Shown here: piece after piece, positions 29,470-39,243 of the stretch
Position numbering within the stretch: the stretch's first letter is position 1
Layout of the letters: every line of letters begins with the position of its first letter
Assembly: GCA_029258885.1 (NCBI GenBank)
Contig: JAPDJW010000002.1
Coordinates: forward strand, 256,001-320,000
Source: Thermoproteota archaeon
Lineage (GTDB): Archaea > Thermoproteota > Thermoprotei > Thermofilales > B9-G17
Direction: 5' to 3'
Length of the DNA: 64,000 nt
Program-made: the position numbers and the translations under genes
The notes under the pieces: model-generated
Seen by the model: only the letters and a program-made list of their open reading frames with translations
Databases searched by the model: none
Told to the model about the DNA's origin: nothing

Positions 29470-29844
29470 TTGTCTACTTCAAAGGCTGTGGGAGTAACTC
29501 CTGAAAAAGCTATTGAGTTAGTAAAGAAGGGTAAGATGGGTGCTATTGTAGCTTTTAAATACTGGCTTAATACGCCCAATGCAGAGGTTAACCCTGAAAA
29601 CCTAGGGATACCAGTCCATGCATCCATGTTAACGATATCGCCATCTCATACTCCCAGCATAAAGATAGTGGATGATATACTAGTGTGTGAAGCGTTCTTC
29701 TCCGAAGACGTATTGCCGGACGAGGTTAAAGTCGATAAGAATGTTGTGGGCGAGGTCGAGGGATTAAAGATCTATAAGGTCTCAGTTAGAATACCATTTA
29801 ATAACATAGTAGGCATATTCTTCCCGAAGAAGGACGTGGAATAA
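29470..29844 (+). CDS. Hypothetical protein, tandem paralog 2 (possible SspB-like fold)
   Basis: As paralog 1; own TATA and GGGGT SD. Confidence 0.75.
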   Translation: MSTSKAVGVTPEKAIELVKKGKMGAIVAFKYWLNTPNAEVNPENLGIPVHASMLTISPSHTPSIKIVDDILVCEAFFSEDVLPDEVKVDKNVVGEVEGLKIYKVSVRIPFNNIVGIFFPKKDVE

Positions 29845-29952
29845 GAGACTTTAATGTGTACTGAAACATCTGGTACCTAAACACGTATACGTCTGTTTTT
29901 CCCGATTCGTTAAAGCTAAAGTAGATAAATTCATTATTCTATCTTATTATTT

Positions 29953-30411
29953 GTGAGGACGACAATAGCATTATTCCTATTATTTGAAGTACTAATGATG
30001 CTTACAGGAATAATCGAGTATATGGGTATTCTACAGAGCCTATTTCCTAGATGGACGTTTGCTGAAGCCTTCTCTCTGGGGGATAAATTTCTAGTATATC
30101 ACGTGATACTATTTCCAATAGCCCTAACCATGGGTGTGCTGACGGCTCTACCCCTAAAAACTAATATTTTGTCAAAGTTTCTATACTCCCTGGGATTTTT
30201 AGTTACCTACTGTAGCACAGAGGATGCATTCTGGTTTATAGGCAGGATACTTATTGGAGGAGGAACATGGATCAAGTCATACGAGTGGACATGTAGGCTC
30301 TTCGGAGCAGTAACGTATCCAGTTGTAATACCTGTATACTACTTCGCTGGCCCGTTCTTCATCTTAATAGCTAGGTGGATAGAGCTGGAATTCTTTAAAC
30401 AAGGGAGATAA
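29953..30411 (+). CDS. Multi-pass membrane protein of unknown function
   Basis: About 4 hydrophobic segments; EDAFWF motif. Confidence 0.65.
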   Translation: MRTTIALFLLFEVLMMLTGIIEYMGILQSLFPRWTFAEAFSLGDKFLVYHVILFPIALTMGVLTALPLKTNILSKFLYSLGFLVTYCSTEDAFWFIGRILIGGGTWIKSYEWTCRLFGAVTYPVVIPVYYFAGPFFILIARWIELEFFKQGR

Positions 30412-30450
30412 TTTCCCGATAAAGATTTAAGCTATCATAGGCTAATAATT

Positions 30451-30765
30451 GTGATAAACATGTATTGGCCGTTGAACCTCTGGTTCTGGTTCTACAACTA
30501 CCTTATGAGCCTATACATGCCGTACTACCTACTCCCATACTATCCAGTGTTCTACTATCCATACTACATGTACCCATACATGTGGTATAGGCCCACGCCC
30601 TCAGACATAATCTACATGGACATGTTAATGGAGTCGCTACATAGGCAACAGATGATGCGAATGTTCTGGGATACGAGCAACTACATCTCGAGGCTGCAGA
30701 TGCGGATGTGGAATGATAAGGTAAGGGAGTGGGAGAAGGAAAAGTATTCGATGGATGTCTGGTAG
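30451..30765 (+). CDS. Tyr/Pro/Met/Trp-rich small protein
   Basis: 104 aa; upstream TTTAAG; fills the gap between two same-strand genes. Confidence 0.55.
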   Translation: MINMYWPLNLWFWFYNYLMSLYMPYYLLPYYPVFYYPYYMYPYMWYRPTPSDIIYMDMLMESLHRQQMMRMFWDTSNYISRLQMRMWNDKVREWEKEKYSMDVW

Positions 30766-30897
30766 TCCGCCAGCCACAATCGCAGAAGTTCATGATTTCA
30801 GCGTATATGGTTGCTGTATCTATATATCTGATCCTAGGTTGCTTATAGTCTCTAAATCTAATAAAGCGTATATAGGAGTTTAATCCATTAATTAAAC

Positions 30898-31911
30898 ATG
30901 GTTAAGATAGCTTTCTTTGAAATAGAGGGATGGGAAAAGCCGTATCTCGAGAAGGAACTTAAAGAACACGAGCTTTTCTTCGAGGGCGATATATTAACAC
31001 GACACTACGATTTATCTAAGATTAAGGGCGTTGATATAGTCAGTACTTTCATATACTCAAGAGTTGATAAGGAGGTTATCAACCAGCTTCCAAATCTCAA
31101 GGCCGTTATAACAAGGTCTACAGGCTTCGATCACATAGATACTGAGGAGTGTAAAAACAGGGGGATAGCAGTATTTAACGTACCAGCATACGGCATAACT
31201 ACGGTAGCCGAGTATACAATACTCTTAATACTATCCTTACTCCGAAGAATTAAGATTGTTGAGGAAGTAATTAAAAGACCCCACTACCTTCCAAAGGATG
31301 TTAGGGGATACGAGCTTAATGGTAAGGTTTTGGGAGTTATAGGTACCGGCAGAATAGGTAGTCATGTAGTTAAGCTGGCACATGCATTCGGCGCAAAAAT
31401 CATAGCCTACGATATAATTAAGAGGAAGGAGCTCGAGGAAAAGTACGGCGTAAAGTACGTGGACCTAGATACCCTGCTCTCAACCGCGGATATAATAACT
31501 ATCCACGTACCATATACTCCACAGACACATCACATGATAAATAGGGAAAACATAACTAAAGTGAAGAAGGGAGCGCTCATAGTAAACACAGCTAGAGGAG
31601 GAATAATAGAAATAGATGCCCTCATAGAGGCACTCGAGGAGGGAAGGATTGCTGGAGCGGCTTTAGATGTAGTTGAGGGAGAATGGGTTCTTAGAGGAGA
31701 AATAGATGTATATAGTAAATCTAAGACAGCGTCCCAAAAGGAGCTTAGAGATGGTGTACTAGTACATTTACTGAAGAAATATCCAAACGTTATCGTAACG
31801 CCCCACATAGCATATAATACTTGGGAAGCCCTTCACCGAATACTTGAAGTCACTGTAAATACTATAAGAGGCTTCCTCAAAGGAGAAAAATTAAATAATA
31901 GAATTGTATAA
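30898..31911 (+). CDS. D-isomer-specific 2-hydroxyacid dehydrogenase (D-lactate dehydrogenase-like)
   Basis: GTGRIG, RSTGFDHID, NTARG, VTPHIAYNT. Confidence 0.9.
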   Translation: MVKIAFFEIEGWEKPYLEKELKEHELFFEGDILTRHYDLSKIKGVDIVSTFIYSRVDKEVINQLPNLKAVITRSTGFDHIDTEECKNRGIAVFNVPAYGITTVAEYTILLILSLLRRIKIVEEVIKRPHYLPKDVRGYELNGKVLGVIGTGRIGSHVVKLAHAFGAKIIAYDIIKRKELEEKYGVKYVDLDTLLSTADIITIHVPYTPQTHHMINRENITKVKKGALIVNTARGGIIEIDALIEALEEGRIAGAALDVVEGEWVLRGEIDVYSKSKTASQKELRDGVLVHLLKKYPNVIVTPHIAYNTWEALHRILEVTVNTIRGFLKGEKLNNRIV

Positions 31912-31961
31912 AAATAGTTTTAAATCTTTTTTATACGAACTTTTAACTTAAATTCCGCTTA

Positions 31962-33857
31962 CTAATACGGTGGAGGCGGGGGAGGAGGCGGCGGGGGAGG
32001 AGGTGCTCGCCGCCTGCGTAGTATAATAATAATGACTGCCGCTGCACATACAACAGCTATGGCTATAGCAGCTATCAGGTAGATGTTAAATGGTAATCCA
32101 GCTTTTACCTCCACCTCTATTGTATGGGAGTACTGGAAATTATTTTCGCCTTCAGGAATGGTAATAGTTATGCTCCATTTACCCTCTTCATTAAACTTAA
32201 ATGAATCTTGGAAGCATCCATGGTTGTCCGTTACTTCATGATGTACATACTCCTTACCGCTAGGCGACATATACTTAATAGTTACGGTTATGCCAGCTAT
32301 GGAGGGAGATGTACATCCGTAGATGCTCCATTCGCTATTAACTTGTGTACTCGTCTTAATCTCCGGGAAACTTACGGTTACAGTAGCTTTCGCAACCTGA
32401 ACTTCAACGATATTAGAAACTGTGGCCTCATACTCTTCTGTCCCATTCCACCTAACTCTAAACCTCCATACGCCAGCTCTATACGCCTTCCACTTAAATG
32501 AGAATAAGCCATTTTCATCAGTTATCCCGGTACCTACCAGCTCCCAATCTTCACCATCGTACTTCTCCTCTATAATCACCGTAGCCTTCATTTTAGGCTC
32601 AAGTTGCACGGTAAACGATACCTCATCGCCGTAGACAACTTGGCTTTCGGCCACTGAGAGGCTTAGACTGGAGGCTTTCTTAAACCTACCAAATATTATT
32701 AAAAGCTCCTGTTCTGTGCTCGTAAAGTTCTCGCCTATTATAAACACGCATCCCTCAGCTACAACAGGGCTTGAGGTAACGGTCTGCCGTTCAGCTAAAC
32801 CATACTGTATAGTGGTATAGTTCCAGAGCAACTCTCCCGTATTAGCGTCGAAACAGTATAGTCCAGTGTAAAGGATCGATACAAACACCTTGCCATCAGC
32901 AACAGCTAGGTGATTAACGCCCCATCCCTCAGGTAGAGGCTTCTTCCATACAACATCACCAGTCGCCAAGTCCAATGCATATAAAGCATTCTCCCCAGGA
33001 GGAGTACAGAAGCTAACCTTTTCAGTAGCAAAATACACGCGGCCATACGCTATACATGCAGAAGGCGGAAGATAGCATCCCGAGAGATTAGCGGTCCAGA
33101 TAGTCTCGCCAGTATAGGGATCGAGGGCATATACACACGCAACGCTTGAACCCTTACAAGTATAAAATATAATCAGCTTATCCTCCCCAATAGCTGGGAA
33201 GGCTTCTGTCTTCAAATCCTCCCTAGACCAGATTTTCTCGCCAGTACTTATATTTATACACTGTAATCCATCAAGGCATGCAAAGTACACCATGCCCTTA
33301 TATATTGCTGGGCTCCAGCAGGCATAGCCAGAAGTACTCCAGAGAACTTTTCCCGTAAACCTATCCAGGCATTTAACAAACAATCCTTCAGCTACAATAA
33401 CTCTATTCTTCCATACAGCTACAGGAAGTCCTCTAATTGCTCCCTCAACCCTCCAGACTTCCTCACCAGTACTTGCATTAAGGCATACGACATCTGTATC
33501 GTCAACCGTATAGAGGAATCCGCCGTAGTAGGTGGGGACAGCGAAGTCGCCATCCCTCTTCCAGAGAACAATATTAGACTTATAGTCTATACATATGAGC
33601 GAGCCGTTCCCACATACAATATATACTCTCCCCTTACATACGATAGGCGGTCTATCTTCAGGCGTAGGATTATTTCCAAACACTATTATCTTAGGCTCAC
33701 AGAAGGTATCCGGAGCCTTACTTGAGCTAAAGCCTGTACCCTCCATTCTCCCCCTGAAAAACGTCCATGAAGCAGGTGGCTGACCTACTACGGCGGATGA
33801 ATACAGTACTATGCTCAATGCTAAAACTATAGCCGTTATAACTGTTATTAATCGCAT
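31962..33857 (-). CDS. Surface protein: PQQ-like beta-propeller repeats, Ig-like domains, C-terminal TM and polyproline tail
   Basis: Probable start MRLITV (33857); repeated ALD..TG...W motifs; ends RRRRA-P12-Y. Confidence 0.85.
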   Translation of the reverse strand: MRLITVITAIVLALSIVLYSSAVVGQPPASWTFFRGRMEGTGFSSSKAPDTFCEPKIIVFGNNPTPEDRPPIVCKGRVYIVCGNGSLICIDYKSNIVLWKRDGDFAVPTYYGGFLYTVDDTDVVCLNASTGEEVWRVEGAIRGLPVAVWKNRVIVAEGLFVKCLDRFTGKVLWSTSGYACWSPAIYKGMVYFACLDGLQCINISTGEKIWSREDLKTEAFPAIGEDKLIIFYTCKGSSVACVYALDPYTGETIWTANLSGCYLPPSACIAYGRVYFATEKVSFCTPPGENALYALDLATGDVVWKKPLPEGWGVNHLAVADGKVFVSILYTGLYCFDANTGELLWNYTTIQYGLAERQTVTSSPVVAEGCVFIIGENFTSTEQELLIIFGRFKKASSLSLSVAESQVVYGDEVSFTVQLEPKMKATVIIEEKYDGEDWELVGTGITDENGLFSFKWKAYRAGVWRFRVRWNGTEEYEATVSNIVEVQVAKATVTVSFPEIKTSTQVNSEWSIYGCTSPSIAGITVTIKYMSPSGKEYVHHEVTDNHGCFQDSFKFNEEGKWSITITIPEGENNFQYSHTIEVEVKAGLPFNIYLIAAIAIAVVCAAAVIIIILRRRRAPPPPPPPPPPPPY

Positions 33858-34276
33858 AGTATATATAAGCACAATTAATAATAAAAATCTTACCTTAAAA
33901 CAAAACATTATTATCTAAAACCTTCAATTACATAATGGAATGCTTAAAACTTTAACATTTAATGGGTATAGATTAAATTAAGAATAAAAATACAGTATAG
34001 TGAGGCGACAGTTTCACAGATGACGCAGCTATGTAACACGTTTACCTTAGATATTATTACCGTCTTTAAGTGAAGTATATTTGTTATTAAGAGCTATACC
34101 AAGACGTGTATGCTGTTCAGTTGCATCGAGGTATGTAGTTAGATATTATGGTAAGTTATGTAAGTGAAGTTTTCCGATAACATAAGCCCTAGTATATATT
34201 TCCCTGAAATTGAGTTCATTCAAAGTTAGCTTCATATGTAGTGTTTAGCATAAATGCTAAACATTTAGCATTTTGG

Positions 34277-34598
34277 GCAAAGGCTGTTTTAATAATACCT
34301 TAGACTACGAGAGATTCTGAAAAAGAGTATATATAAGGTTATCTTGAGTATCTATTTCAACGATTTAGGGGGATTAGCGCGTTTTCCTAGCGCTAGAAGC
34401 TGAACATACGCTGAAATAAAGGAAATTTCGATCATGTAGACATACTCTATCTTCCTAGAGGCAATCCTATTCTATTGCTTAAAGAACTCAGGAAATTCTG
34501 GGCTATCTAATGGAGGCATTATTGCTCTAAAGGAGAGTAGAATTGTTTGGGGTAGAGTAATTAGGATAGCTGATGGAGATGTATTAAGCCTAGGGTAG
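34277..34598 (+). pseudogene. Decayed peptidase E/S51 (class I GAT-like) gene
   Basis: One frame with several stops reads AVLIIP*TTRD...LFQRFRG...VDILYLPRGNPILLLKELRK, then shifts to SGL...IVWG. Confidence 0.45.
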
Positions 34599-34616
34599 AG
34601 TGTTAGCATAAATAAA

Positions 34617-36383
34617 TTATTTTAGATATTTTCTAAGAAATATTATTGCAGGCAGCAGTATCTTAAACATATCCTCTACTGTAACTATCGCATGCCCTAT
34701 ATCTGGCACTATGTGTGCTTCAAACGTCCTGCCCAGCTTCAGTAGCTTACTGATGTACTTTAGGACAGGCTTTAATGGAGTTCTCGTATCGTTCTGTGGA
34801 TGAATGATACATAGTGGAACCTTAACGTTCTCAATGTAAGTTATTGGGGATCTTTCCTTCCAAAGCTCCCTCCTGCCCGCGAAGAGTACGTCTATGAACT
34901 GTTTGAAGAGTGCGTCGCTGAGTCCATACATTTCCTCCCAGTCTATCACGCTTGCTCCAGCTACGCCGCACTGCCAGATGTCGGGATGCTTTCCAGTTGC
35001 TAGGAGGGTCATATATCCACCATAGCTGTAGCCCATAATAGCTACCTTAGATGCAATTCCCAATTCAACAGCCCACTTCCTAGCGTGAACAACGTCCTCA
35101 AGGTCTCCTCCACCAGGATCACCTATATCCATGAGCCTAAACTCCTCCCCGTATCCCGTTGAACCCCTAAAGTTGGGTGCAACAACATGATACCCTAAGG
35201 CAACGAGAGAGGCTATTATAACGCTCCAGTAGTCCGCAACCTCAGACCAGGGACCGCCATGAACATATATTATTGTAGGCCCAGGCTTGGGCGCAACATT
35301 GCTTTCAGCGATGTATGCAGGTATCTCAAGCCCGTCAAACGACTTATATCTAATGAAGTATACTTTACCAAACCTCTTCTCAATATCTTCTGGAAGCCTA
35401 TTATCAATAATCACCCTTACCTCAACATTAATCTCCTTATCGCTTAGCTTCTTCAAATCCACCTCATAGATCTTAAAGGGAGTAGTGAGGGAGGAGTGGG
35501 CAGCATAGAGTTTCCCATTATGAAGCGTTACGCTACCTATAGAGCCTCTAGGTAAAGGTATTGATATTCCGTCGAGGAATACCCTAGATCTTCCATCCCT
35601 ACTACCTATAGTCCAAATTCTCGAATCCTTTGTCCATCCATAATCGTCATGAGCCAGTGGATCATAGCTGTAGTAGTCCTTCCCACTAAACTTGACTTCA
35701 CTAAGCTTTTCATCCTCAATATCGTATATAGCCAGCCTATTCTTCCCCCAGATATTCGTTTCAAAAAGCATTCTAGAGCCGAAGAGCTTTGGATATTTAT
35801 TTATGCTCCTATCCTTGGGAGTATAAACCGTAAACTCACTGGTCTCAAAGCTATAGATGAATAGCTCGGACGATAGCGGATTTCTTCTCAGCATTCCCGA
35901 GCCAACTATATACTTCTCATTCAGGTCCGAAACAGAGGCTATAGCATTAATTGAATACAGCTTCTCAAAGCTACCATCCGGTTTAACGAGATAGAGTGCA
36001 ATCTCCTTCTCGCTAGCAGCCGTGAAAGCAACTTTTTCTCCGTCGAAAGCTATTCCAAAGATCCTCATTGGAGTAAATTCGGCCAGTTTCCTTTCCTCAC
36101 CGCCCCTACAGTCGACGGCAAAGACCTGATGCTGCTCCCTACCTTTAGTTACATCACGAGTATATATGACAAGTGGGGACTTCTCGGAGGGAACAGCTAC
36201 TCCATGCACACCGCCAGTAGTAAGCCTGGTTTTCTCTAAAGTCCTTAAATCAATAGACCAGATATCCGATGCTCCCTCACTAGTAGACCTATAGATAAGC
36301 CTGCCAGACGTTACACCGTAGACCCTATACGTAGGCGTCTTCACGATAGCCTCCAAAACCCTAATACTATCAACTAGACTCAT
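34617..36383 (-). CDS. S9 family peptidase (acylaminoacyl-peptidase-like)
   Basis: VHGGPW, PNFRGSTGYGEEF, GYSYGG, NDTRTP, GH catalytic motifs; N-terminal propeller. Confidence 0.92.
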   Translation of the reverse strand: MSLVDSIRVLEAIVKTPTYRVYGVTSGRLIYRSTSEGASDIWSIDLRTLEKTRLTTGGVHGVAVPSEKSPLVIYTRDVTKGREQHQVFAVDCRGGEERKLAEFTPMRIFGIAFDGEKVAFTAASEKEIALYLVKPDGSFEKLYSINAIASVSDLNEKYIVGSGMLRRNPLSSELFIYSFETSEFTVYTPKDRSINKYPKLFGSRMLFETNIWGKNRLAIYDIEDEKLSEVKFSGKDYYSYDPLAHDDYGWTKDSRIWTIGSRDGRSRVFLDGISIPLPRGSIGSVTLHNGKLYAAHSSLTTPFKIYEVDLKKLSDKEINVEVRVIIDNRLPEDIEKRFGKVYFIRYKSFDGLEIPAYIAESNVAPKPGPTIIYVHGGPWSEVADYWSVIIASLVALGYHVVAPNFRGSTGYGEEFRLMDIGDPGGGDLEDVVHARKWAVELGIASKVAIMGYSYGGYMTLLATGKHPDIWQCGVAGASVIDWEEMYGLSDALFKQFIDVLFAGRRELWKERSPITYIENVKVPLCIIHPQNDTRTPLKPVLKYISKLLKLGRTFEAHIVPDIGHAIVTVEDMFKILLPAIIFLRKYLK

Positions 36384-36492
36384 ACCTCATCATCTAGAGC
36401 ATATTATCCTTGAACTAATTTATTATTTTCCAATGTTAAAACTGTGGGAGCCGTGTACTCTGTAAGAGAGAGTATAAAGCTAATATAACTTT

Positions 36493-37599
36493 ATGTTAGA
36501 AGCTATTTGTGGTGCTTTAATGAAGAACTTAAGGAGAAGAGTATGGGTTTACCTTCCAACAGTATATAGGGAGGTGGGGTTCGAAAAAGCCGTGAAGGAG
36601 CTAAAGGACATGGGATTTGAGGAGCTAAATCTCCTGATTTGTAGCAGCGGTGGAGCCCTATTTCTAAGTAAGGTTAGACCCCAAACACCGGAGTTTAAGG
36701 GGAAGGACATCGTTACACCGTTTGTTAAGATGGCTAGAAGGGAGGGATTCAAACTACATGCCTGGATCGTAACGCTAAATTTCCCGTGCACGGAATTCTC
36801 CAGTAAGCATAGGGAGTGGTACGTCGTAAATAGGCTTGGAGAAAACTGCATTGATAAGTCCCCATACGTATCCAACTACAAGTGGCTCTGCCCCTCCCGA
36901 CATGAGGTAAAGGATTTCGTTGCCGATTTCTTCCTAGAGGTAGCTTCATCCTTCGACGTAGATGGAGTACACTTCGACTACATAAGGCTACCCGACATAA
37001 TCCTGCCAGAAGGCGTTAGACGGCAATACAGGGATGTTCCAAGGAAGGAGATATTAAAGCCTCAATTCGACTACTGCTACTGCCACTCATGCAGAATGAA
37101 GTTCATGGATGAATTCGGCGTAGACCCACTGGAGATAAGCTACGAGGATCCTCTCTACATGAAGTGGTTTAAATGGAGAGCAGACAGAATAACAGAGCTG
37201 GTCAAATACGTCTATAGGAAAGTTAAAAACTACGACTCGACGATAGAGGTAAGCGCCGCAGTATTCGCTACGCCGAGCCTAGCATACAAATACGTATTCC
37301 AGAGATGGCCTGAGTGGAACCTCGATTTCTACGACCCAATGATATACCACAAGTACTACAATAGGGACGTGGAGTGGATAGGCGAAGCAGTTAAAGAAGG
37401 AGTCTCGGCTGGAGTAAAACTCTCAGCAGGAATACTAGTCGACTTCATGGAAAGCCTAAACGAGTTAGCTAGAGGCTTTAGGCTGGCAGTTAAAAATGGG
37501 GCATCAGGAGTAACGGTCTTCGTATATCCGCCGCCGAGGGAGGAGCTGAAGGAATGGATTAAAAAAGCCTGTAGACTCCTTAAAGACCGTGACTCCTAA
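36493..37599 (+). CDS. Glycoside hydrolase family 10-like (GHL10/DUF187) protein
   Basis: KLHAWIV, WLCPSRHEV, DVDGVHFDYIRLP, DFYDPMIY. Confidence 0.78.
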   Translation: MLEAICGALMKNLRRRVWVYLPTVYREVGFEKAVKELKDMGFEELNLLICSSGGALFLSKVRPQTPEFKGKDIVTPFVKMARREGFKLHAWIVTLNFPCTEFSSKHREWYVVNRLGENCIDKSPYVSNYKWLCPSRHEVKDFVADFFLEVASSFDVDGVHFDYIRLPDIILPEGVRRQYRDVPRKEILKPQFDYCYCHSCRMKFMDEFGVDPLEISYEDPLYMKWFKWRADRITELVKYVYRKVKNYDSTIEVSAAVFATPSLAYKYVFQRWPEWNLDFYDPMIYHKYYNRDVEWIGEAVKEGVSAGVKLSAGILVDFMESLNELARGFRLAVKNGASGVTVFVYPPPREELKEWIKKACRLLKDRDS

Positions 37600-38321
37600 A
37601 CCATTTTTCCAGAAATATACTTCACGAGGGCCCTATACCTGGAGAAGGTATCAGCTTGTTCTTCGAGAATATCCCTAATATTCGATAGATCTCTACCTGT
37701 AAATCCAAGCTTAAGAGCAAGCTTCTTCAGAACATCTCCCAAATTCAGAACCTCCTCTAGAGGTAGAAGCTGAAGGAATACTTTAAAGTCGGAGAAACCG
37801 TAACTCGAATCTTCAACTAGAAGCTCAACAAGCGGCTCCTGGAATCTTCCCAGCTCTAAGTTAACGAGAAGCCTCGATACCTCATAATCCTTAACACCCA
37901 TAAACGCTACGTAGACATCGTTGGGTTTCACGTCAACATCAACTACTGGAGGAATATAATATAGTGGGCTGGGATGAAGCACGCTATGTCCAGCCTCATG
38001 ATGTATAACGGCTCTCAATATATCGACGCCGTATTTCTCAGCTATCTGAGTAGAAGTATATATAGTGGGTATGCCGCTCCATGCCTCATAGTATGATAGC
38101 ATGCCAAAACCTATAGCGCTAACACCATAATGGAGAGCCTTAACGTATACTGCATCCTCCATATCACCTATCCTATCAAATATCTTAACATGGACAACTC
38201 CATCATAGCTCACTTTACCATAGACCTCATTAAGGAAACCGATAATATCGTCAAGCAGTCCCGAAACATCGCCGTGTAAGTGTATAACTAAACGCGTTCT
38301 TCCCAGAGTTAAAGTCTTCAT
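37596..38321 (-). CDS. Putative zincin-type metallopeptidase/hypothetical protein
   Basis: HHEAGHSVLH (HExxH); probable start MKTLTL at 38321, 14 bp after the MNT gene. Confidence 0.55.
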   Translation of the reverse strand: MKTLTLGRTRLVIHLHGDVSGLLDDIIGFLNEVYGKVSYDGVVHVKIFDRIGDMEDAVYVKALHYGVSAIGFGMLSYYEAWSGIPTIYTSTQIAEKYGVDILRAVIHHEAGHSVLHPSPLYYIPPVVDVDVKPNDVYVAFMGVKDYEVSRLLVNLELGRFQEPLVELLVEDSSYGFSDFKVFLQLLPLEEVLNLGDVLKKLALKLGFTGRDLSNIRDILEEQADTFSRYRALVKYISGKMV

Positions 38322-38334
38322 ATTACTCCCAGCT

Positions 38335-38739
38335 CTAGATATCGGATGGAACAATTATCGATACACTTGTACGTTTAAGCCCCTTCTCCTTCAGCCTATG
38401 GAATAGCTCGATCAGCTTATTCAGCTCCTCGGTTTTATAGAGTATAACTCCCTCCTCTAAGGCATCAACTATAGTTGGACAGCCTTTCCTAAGCATAGAT
38501 AGTGCCTCATCCAGCGTATAGGGATGAGGCTCAATAGGCTCCTTAACATCACTTAAAGCATCAAGTAAATCCTTAATCCTATCCAGATACGGCTTATCAA
38601 AGTCGCCTATAACTAAGATATCATAGTCGCTCCACGGCCCCCAATCACCTCTAGCTCTAGAACCAAACAAAATTATCCCATAAATCCTAAACCTACTAAC
38701 AATACATTTCACAACTGTGTCAAGGACGCTATCCGACAT
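38335..38739 (-). CDS. Minimal nucleotidyltransferase (MNT) antitoxin
   Basis: LFGSRARGD...SDYDILV. Confidence 0.9.
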   Translation of the reverse strand: MSDSVLDTVVKCIVSRFRIYGIILFGSRARGDWGPWSDYDILVIGDFDKPYLDRIKDLLDALSDVKEPIEPHPYTLDEALSMLRKGCPTIVDALEEGVILYKTEELNKLIELFHRLKEKGLKRTSVSIIVPSDI

Positions 38740-39140
38740 TAATTCACCTGAATAAACCTTCTAACAAAGGCTATAATTCTCTCAGCCGCGTCTATAGCTC
38801 TAAGTGAAGTTGTTTCATCGTAGGCTTCATGCGGGGTACCCGATGGATGAGCATTTGGATACCTTGAGGGAATATAGTGTCTATCGAGTTCTCTAGCATA
38901 ATTTAAAAGCTCTTCACTAGCTGAAAGCCCTCTAGAAGAAAAGAACCTTTCAAGCAGTACTCTAATACTATGTCCCCATGCAGCTTCATTTATACTATAC
39001 AATAGTGCCTTAACAGCTTTTTCAGCTGCCTGATGAGCATAAAAAGCAGCAGAATTATACCTTCCTTCTCGATGCAGTATCTTAGCTGTCTCTAGATCCC
39101 ATAAGCTCTCTGAAAGCCACCTCGATGCCTCATCTCGCAT
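38739..39140 (-). CDS. HEPN domain toxin
   Basis: AFYAHQAAEKAVKALL, HSIRVL, YIPSRYPNAH (R-x4-H); overlaps the MNT start. Confidence 0.9.
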   Translation of the reverse strand: MRDEASRWLSESLWDLETAKILHREGRYNSAAFYAHQAAEKAVKALLYSINEAAWGHSIRVLLERFFSSRGLSASEELLNYARELDRHYIPSRYPNAHPSGTPHEAYDETTSLRAIDAAERIIAFVRRFIQVN

Positions 39141-39192
39141 ATTAAACCCCGAACAATAATATTTAGGATATTCAAAATAATTAAATTACTGG

Positions 39193-39241
39193 ATGATGAG
39201 GGTGGACCGGTAATGAGCAGTGATTTACCAGTCCTTTCTGA
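39193..39241 (+). ncRNA. C/D box sRNA
   Basis: ATGATGA (C, 39193-39199), guide, ATGA (D'), GTGATT (C'), guide, CTGA (D, 39238-39241); intergenic with upstream TTAAAT. Confidence 0.7.
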
Positions 39242-39243
39242 CG

